Positions 8,480 through 17,243 are shown, counted from the stretch's first letter. The stretch: DNA of 64,000 nt from Thermodesulfobacteriota bacterium (GCA_034189135.1 JAXHVO010000006.1:1943-65942); one strand, 5' to 3'. Notes: generated by a model not told the origin, from the letters alone. Program-made: numbers and translations.

Positions 8480-11254
8480 TCAGTGAATGGAATGCTCCGG
8501 TTGATGCTCTGCTTCGGCCCTAGCATCGGAAATCCAGGACGGATTATATCCCGCAATTTCTATAAGGTCAGGATTTACTATGGTATTTAACTGTTTCCCA
8601 ATGGAAAGTTCAACCAGTTCAAATATATCAAGGATAAGGGATATTCGCCCGTCTCCGATGATGGTGGCGCCGGAAAATCCACTTTTTTCCTGTAAATAAT
8701 CCACCAAGGGTTTTATCACCACTTCCGCCTGACCTTTCAGTTCATCAACGACCAGTCCGACCCTTCTTGTGCCCGTGCTAACGATAACCACAAAAATCCT
8801 GTCAGGATCGAGCGCTTTCGACACTGTGCCAAATTCTTTCGACAAACGTACAAGGGGAAGGGTGCGATCCCGGAGTCGAATGATTTCCACGCCTTCTAAA
8901 AACGAAGTTTCCGATTCGCTAATTCGGATCGTCTCTTCCACATTGGATAGGGGAATGGTATAAATCTCGGTACCCACCCGGACCAGCAAAGCCGGAATAA
9001 TGGCAAGCGTCAACGGTATTTTAATGCAAAAACGGGTTCCTTCGCCAACCACAGAGTCGATGTCGATGGTGCCGTTTAATTTTTCAATGTTTCTTTTGAC
9101 GACATCCATGCCGACCCCGCGACCGGAAGTGTTGGTTACTTTCGCCGCAGTAGAAAATCCCGGTTTCACTATAAGATCCAGCACTTCCCTGTTGGTCATT
9201 TGATTCAACTCGGCTTTCGAACAGAAATTTTTTTCTACAGCCGTGGCCTTTATTAAATCGGGGTCGATGCCCTGTCCGTCGTCGGACACTTCTATGACCA
9301 CATGATTGCTTTCATGGTATGCCTCCAGCGTCAGCCTTCCAAAATCTGGTTTACCAAGGATTTTACGCTCCTCAACAGCTTCGATCCCGTGATCAACGGA
9401 ATTGCGAATAATATGAATAAGCGGGTCGGAAATTTGTTCGATAATCATTTTATCCAGTTCAGTGTCTTCACCCTTGACTTTCAGCCGCACTTCCTTTGAG
9501 GTATTGTGAACGAGATCTCTGACCAGCCTCGGGTAACGATTAAAAAGCTGGGAAATAGGCAGCATTCTTATTTTCATCACATCTCCCTGCAGTTCGCCGG
9601 CGACTCTGCCTAAAGAGACGGTTGCTTCGCTGAGTCTGAAAGCAAGGCCGTTAATCTTTTTCACCTCGCCTTTGCTCATTCTATAGCTTTCCTTTAAATA
9701 TTGCTGTAACTCCCTTAACTCGTTGTGTAACTGTGAAAACCAGGCCCGACTCACCACCAGCTCACCCACCTGGTTCATTAAATTATCTATTTTTTTGGCA
9801 TCTACACGAATGTTGCGCTGAACTGATTTTACATGTGCCTCAGGAAAGGCTTCTTCTTTAATCAGATGTCTTTCGGTTCCTGTCCGATCGTTTTGTTGTT
9901 CCTGGGTTGCATGCAGGCCGTTTGGTAACTCATTGGCTGCAAGGTTTTCTGGCAAGTCGTAAGAGCCACTGCCGTCTGTAACGCCCTCACCGCTTGAGAA
10001 TAAGCCCTCCTCCGCTTCGCCGTTCGTGTTTTGAACAGCCATAACCGGTTTTATACCGGTTTCACTGCCGTCATGATCTGGATCGGTAATTTTGCAAGTC
10101 TCATCGCCCTGGGTAAACAGCAGCTTTTCTATTTCATTTTGAAGATTTTCTTCTGAGACATCATGTTCCGGCATCATGAAAGCATCAAAGGCTGTGCTTA
10201 GTTCATCGCGAAGTTGCCGATCTTTCCCTGTCCCTTCCGATTCATCCTTTGCGGTATGCTTGCCTGTCTCAGATATCGGTTCATCCACGGGATTCACTTC
10301 CGGTTTTTCTTCCAAAGAGTCTTTTATATTAGAAGCGTCGATCCCATTATGGTTTAAGTCTAATAAATCTGTTTCCCTAAGTTGAGGAAAAAACCCCAGC
10401 ACCTTTTTAACATTTTCCTCCATAAATCCAATTAACACCTCATTGCCTGAAGCCAATTCCTCTAATGCCTGGGCAATACACTTACGCCAGTCATCATAAA
10501 ACGCTACCAGGTTTTCATACCCCATGTAGTTTGCAGATGATTGAAGGCTTTCGACGCAGTCCGAACAGTTGTTCAACATCTCAGTCTTGTTTTCCGCACT
10601 ATCTACTGACCATATGCTCGATCTTAACGTAGACAGGTTCTCCTTCAGCTGCTCAATAAAGATGTCAAAAAGCTCCTTGTCATATTCTTCTTCATTTATC
10701 TCTTTGCAAACAGCCCTTAAGACAGTTTCCTTATCAGTAACGGTCTGTGTTGTCCTATCGTCTTCGTCCCCGGGCTCACGTAAAGCTTCTTCAAGGTGCT
10801 CAACGATTTCTTCAGGCTGTGCACGCTGATCTTCAACGGCGCATTCCTTTTCGGAATTCTCTTCAATATTCACATCACCGTTTGATAATTTGGTGATTTC
10901 TTCGATAAGATCGTCAATTTTTGTCTCTTCCTTTTGACTGTGCACAAGGTCATCGACCAGTGTTGACAGTCGGTCCTTAGCCTTAATGAGAATATCGATG
11001 ATTTCTTCATTGAGCTCTTTATCACCATGTCTCAGCGTTTCCAGAAGGCTCTCCAGTTTATGGGACAACGTGGAAATTTTCTCCGTACCGATAAATTCTG
11101 CAGCGCCCTTTATGGTATGCATCGATCTGAAAATATCGTTTAAAATTTCACTGTTCTCGGGGTCTGTCTCCAGTTTCAACAGACTGGCTTCGAGTTCTTC
11201 AAGATGTTCCCCCGCCTCGGTTATAAAATCTTGAAGTAAGGATAAATCAATCAT
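8480..11254 (-). CDS. cheA: Chemotaxis histidine kinase CheA
   Basis: HPt motif SMHTIKGAAEF and dimerisation segment IRVDAKKIDNLMNQVGELVV. HATPase boxes are IIRNSVDHGIE, VSDDGQGID and SGRGVGMDVV, followed by a C-terminal CheW-like domain. I moved the start to the ATG at 11254, which is preceded by AAGGAGAA. The ORF-track start at 11338 adds 28 aa without an RBS. Confidence 0.9.
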   Translation of the reverse strand: MIDLSLLQDFITEAGEHLEELEASLLKLETDPENSEILNDIFRSMHTIKGAAEFIGTEKISTLSHKLESLLETLRHGDKELNEEIIDILIKAKDRLSTLVDDLVHSQKEETKIDDLIEEITKLSNGDVNIEENSEKECAVEDQRAQPEEIVEHLEEALREPGDEDDRTTQTVTDKETVLRAVCKEINEEEYDKELFDIFIEQLKENLSTLRSSIWSVDSAENKTEMLNNCSDCVESLQSSANYMGYENLVAFYDDWRKCIAQALEELASGNEVLIGFMEENVKKVLGFFPQLRETDLLDLNHNGIDASNIKDSLEEKPEVNPVDEPISETGKHTAKDESEGTGKDRQLRDELSTAFDAFMMPEHDVSEENLQNEIEKLLFTQGDETCKITDPDHDGSETGIKPVMAVQNTNGEAEEGLFSSGEGVTDGSGSYDLPENLAANELPNGLHATQEQQNDRTGTERHLIKEEAFPEAHVKSVQRNIRVDAKKIDNLMNQVGELVVSRAWFSQLHNELRELQQYLKESYRMSKGEVKKINGLAFRLSEATVSLGRVAGELQGDVMKIRMLPISQLFNRYPRLVRDLVHNTSKEVRLKVKGEDTELDKMIIEQISDPLIHIIRNSVDHGIEAVEERKILGKPDFGRLTLEAYHESNHVVIEVSDDGQGIDPDLIKATAVEKNFCSKAELNQMTNREVLDLIVKPGFSTAAKVTNTSGRGVGMDVVKRNIEKLNGTIDIDSVVGEGTRFCIKIPLTLAIIPALLVRVGTEIYTIPLSNVEETIRISESETSFLEGVEIIRLRDRTLPLVRLSKEFGTVSKALDPDRIFVVIVSTGTRRVGLVVDELKGQAEVVIKPLVDYLQEKSGFSGATIIGDGRISLILDIFELVELSIGKQLNTIVNPDLIEIAGYNPSWISDARAEAEHQPEHSIH

Positions 11255-11447
11255 AATATTCTCCTTTGAGGCAGTTTCAAAATGCTTCCCAGTGAAAGCT
11301 GAATTTGAAATCAGGGAAGGTGACTGCGGCGTCATCAAGGGACAAAAAGAGCGTTATAAAATTTTCTCCTGTGGATATTCGCCATTTTCTCATTCAGCTG
11401 AGTATCGATTAACTTCAGCTTTCGCCGGAATTTCGGTTTTCTAAATT

Positions 11448-11972
11448 TTAGGCCGATTTGACTTCTTTGAGTAACTTGATATCCTCTATCTTTAGAATAT
11501 TATTAAAATCCAGCAGGATAAGCAGGTTCGCATCAATCTTGCACACACCCTGAATATAATGCCTTTTCAGCCCTGCCACCACCAGGTCGGGTGGCTGCTC
11601 AATTGTACTCTCCCCGATCTTGAGGACCTCTGTTACTTTATCGACTATAAAACCGGTCACACGCCCACCGATGTCGAGAATCAGAATCCAGGTATCTTGC
11701 GACTCATTGCTGTTGGTCTTTCCTTCCCGCTTGATAAGATTTAGCCGTTTCCGCAATTCTATCACCGGAATAATGCTTCCGCGAAGGTTAATTATACCTT
11801 CAATAAAATCCGGTGAATTGGGTACCGGAATGACCTGAGCCGATCTGATAATTTCCTGAACCATAAGAATATCTACACCGAACATTTCTTTTCCGATAAC
11901 AAAACCCACCAGTTGCCTGATTTTTTCTTTTACCGGTTCGTTCTGCGTTACGGTTGTGTTTGCTTCTGGCAT
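11448..11972 (-). CDS. cheW: Chemotaxis coupling protein CheW
   Basis: 174 aa single CheW domain (FGVDILMVQEIIR..., INLRGSIIPVIELRKRL, LLILLDFNNIL). Confidence 0.9.
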   Translation of the reverse strand: MPEANTTVTQNEPVKEKIRQLVGFVIGKEMFGVDILMVQEIIRSAQVIPVPNSPDFIEGIINLRGSIIPVIELRKRLNLIKREGKTNSNESQDTWILILDIGGRVTGFIVDKVTEVLKIGESTIEQPPDLVVAGLKRHYIQGVCKIDANLLILLDFNNILKIEDIKLLKEVKSA

Positions 11973-12105
11973 TTCAAACCTCTTATTTAATTAATTAAAC
12001 AATATTGCCTGATACCAGCAATATGGGGTTTTTAAGCGCAGGCACCATCTGTCGTTTAACATTTAATGAAATGGGTGACTGGGTGTTTTTCGCTTATTTA
12101 TCCCT

Positions 12106-14592
12106 TCAGCTTATATCTCCGGAAACTGCCTGTATACTTCTATCGATCTTGAACTGCGCCACCTGCTTGGTTAATTCCTTTGAAAGGTTTTGCAGTTCAT
12201 TTGTAATCTCCACTACCTGCCCGGCCCCTTGAACGGTTTGTTTCGCTCCGGCTGCCTGTTCTTCGGCAATAGACGTCACCTGCTGAGACCGTTCAGCCTG
12301 CATGCTGGTCAGTTTCTGCATTCTGTCGGTACGTCCGGCAATTTTCTCCATTTCCCCGGCGATGGCAACAGCATCCATGTTTGCCTGTTCAACCATGCCT
12401 GCGATTTCTTTTGATTTGCCTACCAGCACTTCGAGCGCAGCCTGAGTCGTTTCACGCCGCTCACCCTGTTTCCCGGCCATTCCACCGATTTCAATGGCTA
12501 GCACATTCAGCTCTTCCATCATGGCATTTACTTTTTCGTTAGATTCCGCCATGAGTTTTGCCGCGTTTGATATTTCCTCGATCGCTTTCAGGTTGGTCTC
12601 GCTGCCCTCAGCAATTTTTTCCAGGGCCTTTTTGGACTGGGTGGAAAGCTTGGTTCCTTCGGAAACACGGTTCGCCGAATCCTTTATAAGCTGCGTAATC
12701 TCCTTGGCGGCTTCGGAAGAACGCTGCGCAAGTTTACCAACTTCGTCCGCAACCACTGCGAACCCCTTTCCGTGCTCTCCTGCACGGGCCGCCTCAATAG
12801 CAGCGTTGAGTGACAGCAGGTTGGTTTGCTCGGCAATTTCGGTGATCACGGTGATGATTTCCGCGATTTGCTCGGAAGATTCGGAAATGGCACGCATACC
12901 ATCAACCGTAGCGGCAACCGATTCGGAACCTTCCTCAACCGCCTTCAGTGCCCTTTCCCCGAATCGAGTAGCCTGAGCGGACGCTTTGTTCATCTCCTTA
13001 ACTGATTTGGCCATTTCACTCACAGTCTCGTTAACCTTTTTCACTGATTTTTCCTGTTTCTCAGCCAATGCCACCACCTGGCCTCCGGTTTCCCCCATTT
13101 CGGCCACACGTTCAGTCGCCGTTTTCGCTTCCTGGTCCTGGGCTTTTACAGATTCCACCACCAAATTCATAGCCCTGGTAAGTTTCTCAGTCGTTTTGGT
13201 TGATTCCTCGGCGGCTTCCTTCTGGGCGGAGGATCCTGAAGCGACTTCACCGGCCGTTTCTCCCATTTTGCCGAGGACATCGGCAGCCCTTTCCACTTTC
13301 GGCACCGTTCCCTCAGCACGTTCCTTGTTGGCCGCAGCTCGTTTCGCCACATCTTCGGCATGTTTCACCACATCTACGGCTGATTTCCCCACCACCCCGA
13401 AAGAACCGCTGAGCTGGTGAAGCATGTTGTTAAATTCCCTTCCCATTTCACCGATTTCGTCATTGCCTTTCACCGGTACCTCAATGGTGAGGTCACGCTC
13501 CGTGGCAACCTTGTGGATGACCTCCGATGCAGCCACAATCGGATTGGCTATACCTCTGGCCACAAAAAACACGACAGCTACGAGTAGCACTAGCGCGACA
13601 ATACCAATTGCGATACTGATATTCCTGATTTTCATCACGCCGGCTAAAACCTGCGCCTTTGGAACAGAGGCAAGAACCAGCCAGGGAGTACCGGTCTTTC
13701 CGATTTCAACCGGCATACCGATCCTTTTAACAAACGCCTGCGCCGTCTTTGACCAGCTATCAGCGGTAAAACCGTTACCCGATTTCATGTCGCCTAAATA
13801 GGGCTCTGCCCACGGGTTGGTATTTATAAAAGAATTACCGTGTCTTTCCTTTTTTGGATGGCAGGCATAGAGTGCCCCATTGGATATCAGACTAATATAG
13901 CCCGTGTCGTAGAGTTTGGTAGTCGACATAATTTCGTTCAGTTTAGTCAATTCCATATTCACACCGGCCACCCCGACAATTGTATTGGCATACTTGATGG
14001 GAACGCACAGAGTCGTTATTAACACATCCTTGCCCTTTACCTTTGATTTATAAGGCTCGATAATTGTCTCTTTTCCTGTTTTTTTGGGGAGCAGATAATA
14101 GTTCCCTTTCCCTTCTTCAATATAGTCCTTTAAAGGCTCAATATCGACTTCTCCCTCCATCTTATTCCAATGAGGTACATAACGGCCTGTACTGTCATGC
14201 CCCACGGCGTTAATAAAGTCCTGATCCCTGCCGTCCAAAGCATTCGGTTCCCAGCATGTCCACACTCCGACAAACGACGGGTTCTGTTCGAGTACGTTTT
14301 TCAAAATACCGTCGATCATGTCTCTGGGAGGAACACCCCTTTTTTTCATACCCTCCAAAGATTGTGACAGTGTTCTGGCGGCTTCCATACCGACCTCCAG
14401 CTCTGCCAGCACTCTTCCAGCCATCTTGCCGGCGGTTTCAGTTGCGCTCTCGATGGCCATTTTACCGGCAAGGGTGGACGACTGTTGAGTAATGATAAAA
14501 ATTGCAGCCGCAAAAGCGATGGTGGTCACCGACAAAATGTAAACCAGCATCTTTGTTCTTAATTTGAGTTTTAATTTCAGCTTTTTTAACAT
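12106..14592 (-). CDS. Methyl-accepting chemotaxis protein with periplasmic double-Cache-like domain and HAMP
   Basis: TM, periplasmic region of about 280 aa (Cache-like), TM, then HAMP ([22 protein letters not shown]...[13 protein letters not shown]). The conserved MCP hairpin is [39 protein letters not shown] set the start at ATG 14592, which follows GGAGGA. Confidence 0.9.
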   Translation of the reverse strand: MLKKLKLKLKLRTKMLVYILSVTTIAFAAAIFIITQQSSTLAGKMAIESATETAGKMAGRVLAELEVGMEAARTLSQSLEGMKKRGVPPRDMIDGILKNVLEQNPSFVGVWTCWEPNALDGRDQDFINAVGHDSTGRYVPHWNKMEGEVDIEPLKDYIEEGKGNYYLLPKKTGKETIIEPYKSKVKGKDVLITTLCVPIKYANTIVGVAGVNMELTKLNEIMSTTKLYDTGYISLISNGALYACHPKKERHGNSFINTNPWAEPYLGDMKSGNGFTADSWSKTAQAFVKRIGMPVEIGKTGTPWLVLASVPKAQVLAGVMKIRNISIAIGIVALVLLVAVVFFVARGIANPIVAASEVIHKVATERDLTIEVPVKGNDEIGEMGREFNNMLHQLSGSFGVVGKSAVDVVKHAEDVAKRAAANKERAEGTVPKVERAADVLGKMGETAGEVASGSSAQKEAAEESTKTTEKLTRAMNLVVESVKAQDQEAKTATERVAEMGETGGQVVALAEKQEKSVKKVNETVSEMAKSVKEMNKASAQATRFGERALKAVEEGSESVAATVDGMRAISESSEQIAEIITVITEIAEQTNLLSLNAAIEAARAGEHGKGFAVVADEVGKLAQRSSEAAKEITQLIKDSANRVSEGTKLSTQSKKALEKIAEGSETNLKAIEEISNAAKLMAESNEKVNAMMEELNVLAIEIGGMAGKQGERRETTQAALEVLVGKSKEIAGMVEQANMDAVAIAGEMEKIAGRTDRMQKLTSMQAERSQQVTSIAEEQAAGAKQTVQGAGQVVEITNELQNLSKELTKQVAQFKIDRSIQAVSGDIS

Positions 14593-14684
14593 AACGAATT
14601 CCTCCACTGATTTTTTGTTGAAAACACCCGTAGTTACCGGTGGCTTCCATAGTTTGTTTTAAATATATAAAGTTTATGAATCTG

Positions 14685-14712
14685 ATATCGGCCTGTTAGA
14701 CGAATTCCTTTA
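14685..14712 (-). promoter_or_regulatory. Candidate sigma28 (FliA)-type promoter upstream of the MCP gene
   Basis: The minus strand reads TAAAGGAA-...-GCCGATAT (TAAA, 16 nt, GCCGATAT). The E. coli-type consensus is TAAAGTTT-N11-GCCGATAA, so the spacer is 1 nt longer. It lies about 90 nt upstream of the MCP start. Confidence 0.35.
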
Positions 14713-14765
14713 ATATATATTATTCTCTTCCAACGGTGCATCATCCAATGGATGTTTCGGTAATG

Positions 14766-15827
14766 TTAATTGTTCCTGTTAAGATGGTTGCGGCTCAACG
14801 CATTGATCTTTTCGGCGATCTTCACATCCGGTATAATTAGCGGGTGTTTGCATTTATCGATGGCGGCACAGGGCATCTCTCTAAACAAACAACATTTCGG
14901 ATCCTGAACAATGGCTCTTCCCCCCACTCTGACAACCTCGCCAAGTCCCTCTGCCCCGTCATCACCGGAGCCTGAAAGTATTACGCCAACCGCACGGTTT
15001 TTCATGACCTCTGCCACAGAAAACATAAGCATATTTACAGAACCTCTTCTCTCTGAAAAAGGAGAAAGGCTTATCTGTAAATTATACCTATTGCCCGACG
15101 AATGAACCGTCACATACTCCTCACCTGAGCAAAGATAACAAACACCCCCTTTGATGGCATCTCCATCTTTTGCCCGCCTAACTTTTACAAAACTATGGCT
15201 GTCAAGATAGCCTGCAAAAGCATCCACATGCTGCGAATCTGCATAAATAACTACCAGCAGTGCAACCGGAAGATCAGGAACAATTTGTGGTATAATTTTT
15301 AAGAGTGCGCCGTATCCGCCCTCGGACGAACCGATTGCAAAAATACCTTTGCACTCATTTTTATTCGGTTTCTTTTTTGACTTTTCTTGGGGAATCGATC
15401 TAATATAATGGACCGATTCAATCTTAACTTCGGCTGCAAGCTTTACCTTCTTAATTATATTCAGTTCCTGCTCTCCGAGACTGTTTCCATTTGTTTTGGA
15501 TGGTTTTGGAATAAAATCGATCGCCCCGTATTTTAACGCGTCAAATGTCACCGACGCTCCTTCCTGAGTCAACGAACTTAGCATAACCGTGGGTGTTGGA
15601 CTCTTAATCATAATGTGTTTCAATGTGGTAAGCCCGTCCATGACAGGCATATTTATATCCAGAGTAACCACGTCAGGATTCAACTTGGGTAGAAGCTCCA
15701 AAGCTTCCCTGCCATTGCCGGCCTCTCCCACCACCTGAAACTTATCCTGATCCTTAAAAATATTTGAAACAGCTCTGCGGATTAACCTAGAATCATCGAC
15801 TATTAAAAGTTTATACGGATCACTCAT
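14766..15827 (-). CDS. cheB: CheB-like response regulator/methylesterase (Ser and Asp motifs retained)
   Basis: 353 aa. REC motifs are LLIVDDSRLIR and DVVTLDINMPVMDG. The esterase domain has AIGSSEGGYGA (Ser motif) and LSGSGDDGAEG (Asp motif). The His-motif region is divergent (VIYADSQHVDAF). Confidence 0.8.
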   Translation of the reverse strand: MSDPYKLLIVDDSRLIRRAVSNIFKDQDKFQVVGEAGNGREALELLPKLNPDVVTLDINMPVMDGLTTLKHIMIKSPTPTVMLSSLTQEGASVTFDALKYGAIDFIPKPSKTNGNSLGEQELNIIKKVKLAAEVKIESVHYIRSIPQEKSKKKPNKNECKGIFAIGSSEGGYGALLKIIPQIVPDLPVALLVVIYADSQHVDAFAGYLDSHSFVKVRRAKDGDAIKGGVCYLCSGEEYVTVHSSGNRYNLQISLSPFSERRGSVNMLMFSVAEVMKNRAVGVILSGSGDDGAEGLGEVVRVGGRAIVQDPKCCLFREMPCAAIDKCKHPLIIPDVKIAEKINALSRNHLNRNN

Positions 15828-16273
15828 AACGTATTCTTTCTACTAGCAATTTGGCTTGATCTACATTGCATAAAATATATATCGTCCAATTGGTTAAAAA
15901 ACTTAAATTTTTTTTATCTATTTTGCTTTTTCGACGGATGTTTCAGTAATCCACAAAACTGCCTTTAATTGTCAGCCATAAGTAAACCCACCGGCAAATT
16001 GCTTTCCTCAGTCAAGATATTGACGCCAAATCGCTTGCACATGCGACAGCACCGCCTTATAAATATCCCGGTTAAAACAGCACTATTTACCTGAAACCAT
16101 AAGGAATATGCCATATCGGTCCAACCGAACTTAAGTGATTTGTCCCTAAGGTTTTTCTATTCCCAGTAAATTATCAGCAATAACTATGCCACAGAAGTTT
16201 TTCCTCTGGAAAAGGAATAGTTATGCCGGTAAATGGATGTAATAAAATGAAGTTATAAAAACAGGGAGAGGAA

Positions 16274-16911
16274 AACGGGATGCCCTGGACCAATAAAAAA
16301 GGGACACCGCTTTCTTGCTTCGGTATCCCTTATCTTTTAAAATGGCGTCCCCAAGGGGATTTGAACCCCTGTCGTCCCGCTTGCAAAGCGGGATGTCCTG
16401 GACCAATAAAAAAGGGACACCGCTTTCTTGCTTCGGTATCCCTTATCTTTTAATGTGGCGTCCCCAAGGGGATTTGAACCCCTGTCGTCCCGCTTGCAAA
16501 GCGGGATGCCCTGGATCAATAAAAAAGGGACACCGCTTTCTTGCTTCGATATCCCTTATCTTTTAATGTGGCGTCCCCAAGGGGATTTGAACCCCTGTCG
16601 TCCCGCCTGCAAAGCGGGATGCCCTGGACCAATTAAAAAGGGACACCGGATTCTTGCTCCAAGGTATCCCTTATCTTTTAATATGGCGTCCCCAAGGGGA
16701 TTTGAACCCCTGTCGCCCCGCCTGCAAAGCGGGATGTCCTGGACCAATTAAAAAGGGACACCGGATTCTCGCTCCAAGGTATCCCTTATCTTTTATTGTG
16801 GCGTCCCCAAGGGGATTTGAACCCCTGTCGTCCCGCTTGCAAAGCGGGATGTCCTGGACCAATAAAAAAGGGACGCCGGATTCTCGCTTCGGTATCCCTT
16901 ATCTTTTAAAA
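16274..16911. repeat. Tandem array of 5 full units (starts 16343, 16456, 16569, 16684, 16799; periods 113/113/115/115/113 bp) plus a truncated distal unit (16274-16342). Each unit is a tRNA-like 76-nt segment plus a terminator-like hairpin.
   Basis: Read directly. The minus strand of each unit is GTCCCTTTTTTATTGGTCCAGGACATCCCGCTTTGCAAGCGGGACGACAGGGGTTCAAATCCCCTTGGGGACGCCA, followed by a 37-39-nt spacer. The spacer contains the hairpin GGGATACCG-(11 nt)-CGGTGTCCC followed by a T-tract. There are two spacer subtypes (..caataaaaaaggg.. and ..caattaaaaaggg..). Confidence 0.9.
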
Positions 16912-16989
16912 TGGCGTCCCCAAGGGGATTTGAACCCCTGTCGCCGGCGTGAAAGGCCGGTGTCCTGGACCAGGCTAGACGATGGGGAC
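16912..16989 (-). tRNA. tRNA-Glu (anticodon UUC), CCA encoded
   Basis: Minus strand GTCCCCATCGTCTAGCCTGGTCCAGGACACCGGCCTTTCACGCCGGCGACAGGGGTTCAAATCCCCTTGGGGACGCCA. It folds manually into a cloverleaf with a 7-bp acceptor, anticodon stem CCGGC/GCCGG, loop CTTTCAC and T-loop TTCAAAT. Confidence 0.9.
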
Positions 16990-17046
16990 GGATGCCATCT
17001 TTGCGTCCCCTACCCCAAACTACGTGATCTTTAATAGCCCTTTATT

Positions 17047-17102
17047 CCTGTCGTCCCGCTTGCATAAGCGGGATGTCCTGGACCAGGCTAGACGATGGGG
17101 AC
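17047..17102 (-). pseudogene. 5' fragment of a Glu-type tRNA carrying the array-type anticodon arm; the T-arm and 3' acceptor strand are missing
   Basis: Minus strand GTCCCCATCGTCTAGCCTGGTCCAGGACATCCCGCTTATGCAAGCGGGACGACAGG, then unrelated sequence. It starts 3 nt after the CCA of tRNA-Lys. Confidence 0.75.
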
Positions 17103-17105
17103 GCA

Positions 17106-17181
17106 TGGTGGGCCGTGCGCGGCTCGAACGCGCGACTCTCTGCTTAAAAGGCAGATACTCTACCAACTGAGTTAACGGCCC
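17106..17181 (-). tRNA. tRNA-Lys (anticodon UUU), CCA encoded
   Basis: Minus strand GGGCCGTTAACTCAGTTGGTAGAGTATCTGCCTTTTAAGCAGAGAGTCGCGCGTTCGAGCCGCGCACGGCCCACCA. Acceptor is GGGCCGT/ACGGCCC, the anticodon stem is TCTGC/GCAGA and the loop is CTTTTAA. Confidence 0.9.
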
Positions 17182-17243
17182 GATGAAAAACTGTTTATTT
17201 AACCATATATTTTGTTGTTGTCAACAAAAAGTATCGAAATTTT

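Noticed and set aside
11255-11338. N-terminal extensions offered by the ORF track for cheA. The same applies to the MCP (14593-14607), ecfT (20898-20930), CBS (34058-34099), parA (53548-53619), the M48 peptidase (53417-53461), plsY (59316-59432) and the amidase (61457-61513).
   Set aside because: In each case an internal ATG has a much better Shine-Dalgarno sequence, or begins at the conserved N-terminus or signal peptide of the family.
12494-13420. Antisense ORFs of 160 and 144 aa within the MCP gene (Ser/Ala/Thr-rich).
   Set aside because: They are the mirror image of the Ala/Glu-rich coiled-coil coding sequence. They are low complexity and the MCP frame is unambiguous.
16274-16911. Possible CRISPR array, because of the regularly spaced repeats.
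   Set aside because: The whole 113-115-bp unit repeats, including the 'spacer' part, so there are no unique spacers. The repeat is tRNA-derived, and no cas genes or leader are present.
16221-17034. Seven ORFs of 60-126 aa on both strands (e.g. 16428..16751, 16654..17034) that encode repetitive peptides such as PRGFEPLSSRLQSGM.
   Set aside because: They are translations of the tRNA-like tandem repeat and of tRNA-Glu itself. They have no RBS, their reading frames exist only because the repeat lacks stops, and both strands are 'open'.
15828-17243. Integrated mobile element or genomic island at the tRNA-Glu/tRNA-Lys locus.
   Set aside because: No integrase, excisionase or cargo ORFs lie on either side. 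The flanks are the che locus and trkH, and the repeated tRNA pieces are only 37-39 bp apart.
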